Notes under the pieces: generated by a model
What the model saw: only the letters and a program-made list of their open reading frames with translations
The model's database searches: none
What the model was told of the DNA's origin: nothing
Origin: an uncultured archaeon
GTDB taxonomy: Archaea; Iainarchaeota; Iainarchaeia; Iainarchaeales; CSSED10-239
Assembly (NCBI GenBank): GCA_964591795.1
Contig: CAZQEL010000026.1
Coordinates: 1-8,892 of the forward strand
Reading direction: 5' to 3'
Length of the DNA: 8,892 nucleotides
Part shown: piece by piece, positions 5,459 to 8,892 of the stretch
Position numbering within the stretch: the first letter of the stretch is position 1
Layout: each line of letters starts with the position of its first letter
Program-made: the position numbers and the translations under genes

Positions 5459-7225
5459 TTAAATTCTATTCATAAAGATATTGTTATGACCAACTATACC
5501 TATATGTATAAGTTCTTTCATTGCATATTTTTTGACTACATCGCTTGGACCAGGATGGCCTGCTGATGAAAAGAAAGGGGGGATAAAAGAAGTTCCTAAT
5601 GAAGAATCATCAAAAATCAATAAACCTTTTTCTGATAGTGATTTTTTACAGAGTTTATAGTCAGCTAAAACAGTATCATAATCGTGGTCACCGTCTATGT
5701 ATATCAGATCCCATTTTTTTGATTTAATAAATTCGATTGCTTTTTTATCTGTAGATAAGGCTTTAACTAGATTGACTTCAGGTAATTTAAAATGTTTAAA
5801 TGATTTTTTTATATCCTTTTCGTAATCTATGTTTTTTATGTAAGAACTTACTGAATCCTTAGTTGATTTTAATGGTGATATTCCATTGACTTCACAATTA
5901 AACTTTAAATATTTTGCTATTAAAGTCCATAAAGAAATTACTTGTCCTCTGTAGACGCCTATTTCTAAACAGTGTTTTGGTTTAAATTCTTTTAATAAAA
6001 GCCACCACATGGAATGAAAAGAGTCCTCTCCAAATCCTCTTTTTTCTTTTTTAAAATAAGAACGATGTCGACGTATTTTTTTAGGTAATAAATGGTAAAA
6101 ATAATGATGCATAAATAAATAAATTTTATTGGGGTGTTTGAAATTTTTTATAGCATTTGTAAAGTTTAAATTAAGATTAAAATTTTTGTTAAACTGTTTA
6201 TAGGGTGTAAGTTTTTGCCTTTCATTAAGTATATTTTTATACAATTTTAATTTTAGTAAAATTTTATTTGTAAATTTATTTTTATTAAGTTTCTTTTTTA
6301 TTTTGTCTATTAGAATAGATTTATTTTTGTTGTTTAAGGATATTTTTTTTGTATTATCTATTGGGCAGTTATTTAATTTGGCTGTAGGTATACCAGGTAT
6401 TTTATAAATAGTATTATTTTTTTCTTGATTAATTATTTTTAATAGATCTTTCCTGTTCCATTTTTTTATGTTGTTTATGTTTCTTCTAATTATTTTACCC
6501 ATTTCTGGTTGGTGGGTAGTTCGAGTTCCTCCCCATTTTAGCTCTGAGTGAAATTTTAATGCAAAAACACCATTTTTAAAACCAGCTTTACGGCATCTAA
6601 TAGCATATTCTAGGTCGTCATGTCCGTATGGTGCCAATTTTTCTTCCAATAATCCTATTTTTTTTATAACATAAAAAGGAAAACATACCGGACTTTTTAT
6701 TGATATATCTCGATATGAAAAATGGTTTGGTACAAGGGTTTCTGCATAGTCTAATCCATGTCCATATATACTTTCTAGATGATCGGTTTGAGGTATAAGA
6801 TAATCAGACTTTAAAATGTTATTAGCAAAATTGGCTCCTAATCTAAAAGAAATGCATCCAAGTTTTTTTCCTCCCCATTGATATAATTTAATTATATTAT
6901 TTTCTAATTCAAGATCGTCTAAGATTACATCATCTTGTAATATTATATTAAATCCATCTCCATTTTGATTTGTTTTTTTTAATCCTATGTTTATTGATAA
7001 TAATTCATGAACATCGGATGCATATACCTTTTTTATAGGGATGTTGATATTTTTTTTAATTATTGAATCAATAATTTTTTCTGTTTTATCTGTACACCCA
7101 TCAAGTACAGGGTATATAAAACTATTACTTCTACAACTATCTAAAATAGAGGTAAGAACATTTTCAATTAAATCTTCTTTATTGTGTATTGTTATTATGT
7201 AATTAAATCTGGGAAGTTTTTTCAT
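5459..7225 (-). CDS. Bifunctional fusion: N-terminal GT2-like glycosyltransferase, Lys/Asn/Leu-rich linker, and C-terminal class I SAM methyltransferase (Methyltransf_24/CmcI-like)
   Basis: N-terminal domain (~6434-7207): YIITIHNKEDLIENVLTSIL, VLDGCTDKTEKII, the DxD motif ILQDDVILDD (QDD at 6929-6937) and YGHDDLEYAIRCRKAGF. C-terminal domain (~5462-6046): RGFGEDSFHSMWW, CLEIGVYRGQVISLW and WDLIYIDGDHDYDTVLADYKLC..GLLIFDDS (DGDH at 5684-5695). I prefer the start at ATG 7223-7225 (TGATG overlap with the upstream stop) over the TTG at 7226-7228 used by the ORF track. Confidence 0.85.
   Translation of the reverse strand: MKKLPRFNYIITIHNKEDLIENVLTSILDSCRSNSFIYPVLDGCTDKTEKIIDSIIKKNINIPIKKVYASDVHELLSINIGLKKTNQNGDGFNIILQDDVILDDLELENNIIKLYQWGGKKLGCISFRLGANFANNILKSDYLIPQTDHLESIYGHGLDYAETLVPNHFSYRDISIKSPVCFPFYVIKKIGLLEEKLAPYGHDDLEYAIRCRKAGFKNGVFALKFHSELKWGGTRTTHQPEMGKIIRRNINNIKKWNRKDLLKIINQEKNNTIYKIPGIPTAKLNNCPIDNTKKISLNNKNKSILIDKIKKKLNKNKFTNKILLKLKLYKNILNERQKLTPYKQFNKNFNLNLNFTNAIKNFKHPNKIYLFMHHYFYHLLPKKIRRHRSYFKKEKRGFGEDSFHSMWWLLLKEFKPKHCLEIGVYRGQVISLWTLIAKYLKFNCEVNGISPLKSTKDSVSSYIKNIDYEKDIKKSFKHFKLPEVNLVKALSTDKKAIEFIKSKKWDLIYIDGDHDYDTVLADYKLCKKSLSEKGLLIFDDSSLGTSFIPPFFSSAGHPGPSDVVKKYAMKELIHIGIVGHNNIFMNRI
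6125..6382 (-). other. Low-complexity basic linker (about aa 283-368) between the GT2 and methyltransferase domains of the fusion protein
   Basis: The translation reads ...KKISLNNKNKSILIDKIKKKLNKNKFTNKILLKLKLYKNILNERQKLTPYKQFNKNFNLNLNFTNAIKNFKHPNK... It has no catalytic motifs, and hydrophobic residues recur at i/i+3/i+4 spacing among Lys/Asn, which suggests amphipathic helix or coiled coil. Boundaries are approximate. Confidence 0.5.
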
Positions 7226-8217
7226 CAATTAATTATAGAATTTAAATCATTTAACCATGCTTCACATATAGTCAATTCATCACTTTTTATATAGTTATTT
7301 CTTTCAAGTTCTTTATAGATACTTTTTAGGTTTTCTTTATAATCTCCCTCTAATTTAATTTCGTCTAAAATTTTTATAATTGCTTTTATATTTAAATAAA
7401 TTTCAATCTCATCATCAAAGTCTTTCATTAAATTATGGCTATTACGGTTTTGATAAACTGTTGCTTTTGTAAAACCTAGATGTAATTGTTCCTCCCAAAA
7501 TAATCTTTGAGCAATATATCCTCTTAAGATATCAGTGAATCTAAAACTTACAGTTGAAGGTAAATACATAGAATAAAAAACTTTTTTATTCCAAGTTGTG
7601 TTTTGTGAGTTAAAAGGACAATATGTGTTTTTATTTAGAGCAATTGGTTTTTTGTTGTTAAATTTTATTTTTTTGTTGTTAGTTAATCTATAGATAGCGT
7701 CAACATCAGGATCGATATCAGCTAGTCCTTGCCAGGCTCCTATTTTTAATTCAGTTTGGTGTTCTTTTTTTAATTTTTGTATTTTGTTAATTTCATTCAA
7801 TGGATATCCTCTTGGCCATATTTTTTTTCTTGTAAAATATGTGTAAATATTAAGAAATTTGTTATTATTTTTTATTAAATTGTTTGTTTTGAATTCAGGG
7901 AAAGACCAATTATTATAAGGGGTGTTATCGTCATCAGTATCATAAATGATATCAGCACCTAAACTAATAGCGTAAAGATATCCAATATTTTTTCTTGAAT
8001 AATGGTTGTATGGTAAGTATTTTATTACTTCAAAATCTAGTTTGTTTTGATCTTTGACAGATAAAAAAATAATGTTATCCTCGTTTTTAATTTGTTTACT
8101 TTTTTTATCACCAACTAAAATTATTTTCCAATCTTTGAATTCAGAAAATTTTTTAATAGCATCAGTTTTTTTGTTTATTGTGGTTATTACTATGAATTTT
8201 TTTTGTTTTTTTTCCAT
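7225..8217 (-). CDS. STELLO/DUF288-like putative glycosyltransferase
   Basis: 330 aa. The motifs FIVITTINKKT, WKIILVGDKKS, YSRKNIGYLYAISLGADIIYDTDDDN (DTDDD at 7927-7941) match the pattern I recall for the DUF288 (STELLO) glycosyltransferase-like family, which is related to GT75-type enzymes. The gene lies 4 nt downstream of wzt, and its TGA overlaps the next ATG. Confidence 0.6.
   Translation of the reverse strand: MEKKQKKFIVITTINKKTDAIKKFSEFKDWKIILVGDKKSKQIKNEDNIIFLSVKDQNKLDFEVIKYLPYNHYSRKNIGYLYAISLGADIIYDTDDDNTPYNNWSFPEFKTNNLIKNNNKFLNIYTYFTRKKIWPRGYPLNEINKIQKLKKEHQTELKIGAWQGLADIDPDVDAIYRLTNNKKIKFNNKKPIALNKNTYCPFNSQNTTWNKKVFYSMYLPSTVSFRFTDILRGYIAQRLFWEEQLHLGFTKATVYQNRNSHNLMKDFDDEIEIYLNIKAIIKILDEIKLEGDYKENLKSIYKELERNNYIKSDELTICEAWLNDLNSIIN
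8197..8213. repeat. Homopolymer pair T8-G-T8 (A8-C-A8 on the coding strand) at codons 2-7 of the STELLO-like gene
   Basis: Counted directly: T run 8197-8204 (8), G at 8205, T run 8206-8213 (8). The coding strand reads ATG GAA AAA AAA CAA AAA AAA TTC = MEKKQKKF. Confidence 0.95.
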
Positions 8218-8221
8218 TTTT

Positions 8222-8892
8222 CTATTTTATATTTATATTTCCATCAAGTATTTGATATCCAGCACCTCTCATATCTGCTTCAAAGGTTTTTCCTTCTTGA
8301 AATGAATAACCTAGAATATTTAGATTAACAGCATTTTTAATAATAACATGACTTTCTATTCCTGGATTAGTAAGGTTAAAATCTAGTAAATACTTACCTT
8401 TATTGAGTTTTGGAAGTTTTATTTCTGCTGTTAAAAGGTGTTTTCCTGGAGAGCAAAAAAAAATGTTGTCTTCAGGTTTTGTATGGCCTGGTACACAAAC
8501 AGCTATGTGATTTCCCAGATTATCTTTTAAATGTGTTTCCAGGGTTATTTCTTCTTCTTCTTTTGTTTCAAAGTTTATTTTAATTTCTAAAGACGATGGT
8601 AATGAGGGTATTTTAACTCTTTTTTTATGAGAATCATTACAAGTTATTTTTTGTAATTTGATATTTTTATTTTTATAAAATGTATTATCAATTATTTCTT
8701 CTAATTCTTCTTCTTTATTTATTGCTTCGTTATTTAAGTATGTATCAATAACATCTTTTGTTTCACCGATCATTTTTATTTTTCCTTCTTCAATAAGAAT
8801 ACATCTTTTGCAGAGGTTTTGGATGGCGGTGAGGTTATGGCTGACGAAGAGGATGGTTCTTCCTTCTTCTCCTGTAACTTCGTCCATTTTGC
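8222..8892 (-). CDS. wzt: ABC-transporter ATP-binding protein, Wzt/TagH type (5'-partial; N-terminus lies beyond the right edge), with a C-terminal extension
   Basis: The frame stays open to the window edge (..AKMDEV..). The visible N-terminal part, GRTILFVSHNLTAIQNLCKRCILIEEGKIKMIGETKDVIDTYL, is the H-loop and C-terminal end of a polysaccharide-exporter NBD. Walker A/B and the signature motif must lie outside the window. About 165 further residues (8225-8730) show alternating beta-strand-like patterns typical of Wzt C-terminal glycan-binding domains. Confidence 0.85.
   Translation of the reverse strand, partial: KMDEVTGEEGRTILFVSHNLTAIQNLCKRCILIEEGKIKMIGETKDVIDTYLNNEAINKEEELEEIIDNTFYKNKNIKLQKITCNDSHKKRVKIPSLPSSLEIKINFETKEEEEITLETHLKDNLGNHIAVCVPGHTKPEDNIFFCSPGKHLLTAEIKLPKLNKGKYLLDFNLTNPGIESHVIIKNAVNLNILGYSFQEGKTFEADMRGAGYQILDGNINIK

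Noticed and set aside
6125-6382. Possible DNA tandem repeat underlying the low-complexity linker of the fusion gene
   Set aside because: Reading the nucleotides shows biased A/T composition with recurring AAT/AAA/TTA codons. There is no consistent repeat unit or period, so it is compositional low complexity rather than a true tandem repeat.
7226-7228. TTG start codon used by the ORF track for the GT2-MT fusion
   Set aside because: The next codon is an ATG (7223-7225) that overlaps the upstream TGA as TGATG. ATG with stop/start coupling is more plausible than TTG. The difference is one residue and has no functional consequence.
8054-8305. An 83-aa plus-strand ORF (MTDKKIMLSSFLICLLF...)
   Set aside because: It lies entirely antisense to the STELLO-like gene and the 3' end of wzt. 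Its Phe/Ile/Leu-rich low-complexity translation is what the reverse strand of Lys/Asn-rich coding DNA produces. It has no motif and no independent intergenic context, so it is most likely spurious.
8885-8887. ATG (MDEV...) as the true start of the last minus-strand gene
   Set aside because: The frame remains open to the window edge (..AK precedes it). The visible sequence starts in the middle of an ABC NBD, with the H-loop present and Walker A/B and the signature motif absent. The gene is therefore 5'-partial and not a 221-aa protein.
1-8892. CRISPR arrays, tRNA/rRNA genes, IS elements, integrases, inverted terminal repeats
   Set aside because: No spaced direct repeats of 25-40 nt, no tRNA-like GC-rich stems and no transposase, recombinase or integrase-like translation appear in any of the listed frames. 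Every long ORF is accounted for by glycan-related functions.

Overview
This is an AT-rich 8.9-kb stretch (roughly 25-30% G+C by eye, not computed) that is almost entirely coding. It reads as part of a cell-surface glycan locus of the O-antigen, capsule or S-layer-glycan type.

From left to right:
- A short family-2 glycosyltransferase lies on the minus strand. It is only 168 aa, and its TAG stop sits at nt 1-3.
- A 102-bp divergent intergenic region follows.
- A plus-strand, tightly coupled pair comes next: an AlgI/DltB-type MBOAT O-acyltransferase and a membrane-anchored GDSH-motif partner (SGNH/DltD/AlgJ-like).
- A six-gene minus-strand operon enters from the right edge and converges on that pair, with only 10 bp between the stops. 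In transcription order it encodes:
  - the 3' part of a Wzt-type ABC-transporter ATPase with a ~165-aa extension after the nucleotide-binding domain;
  - a STELLO/DUF288-like glycosyltransferase;
  - a 588-aa GT2-linker-SAM-methyltransferase fusion;
  - a 258-aa uncharacterised transferase-like protein;
  - a stand-alone class I SAM methyltransferase;
  - a GT11 alpha-1,2-fucosyltransferase.

Operon spacing is extremely tight: gaps of 4, 12 and 22 nt, one TGATG overlap and one ATGA overlap. No Shine-Dalgarno motifs are visible. I found no rRNA, tRNA, CRISPR array, transposase, integrase or convincing intrinsic terminator.

The most interesting reading is a compact ABC-transporter-dependent glycan assembly and termination system. 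An extended Wzt, possibly reading a glycan cap, is co-transcribed with two methyltransferases. One of these is fused to a glycosyltransferase through a basic helical linker. Two poorly characterised transferase families are also present, and no recognisable WbdD- or WbbB-type terminator is seen. The product is predicted to be fucosylated, methylated and O-acylated.

Secondary observations are a truncated GT2, a sharp codon-usage patch inside wzt at the right edge, poly-A tracts just after three consecutive start codons, and a palindromic double -10 element in the divergent promoter region.

All family assignments come from motif recognition by eye. No database searches were run.
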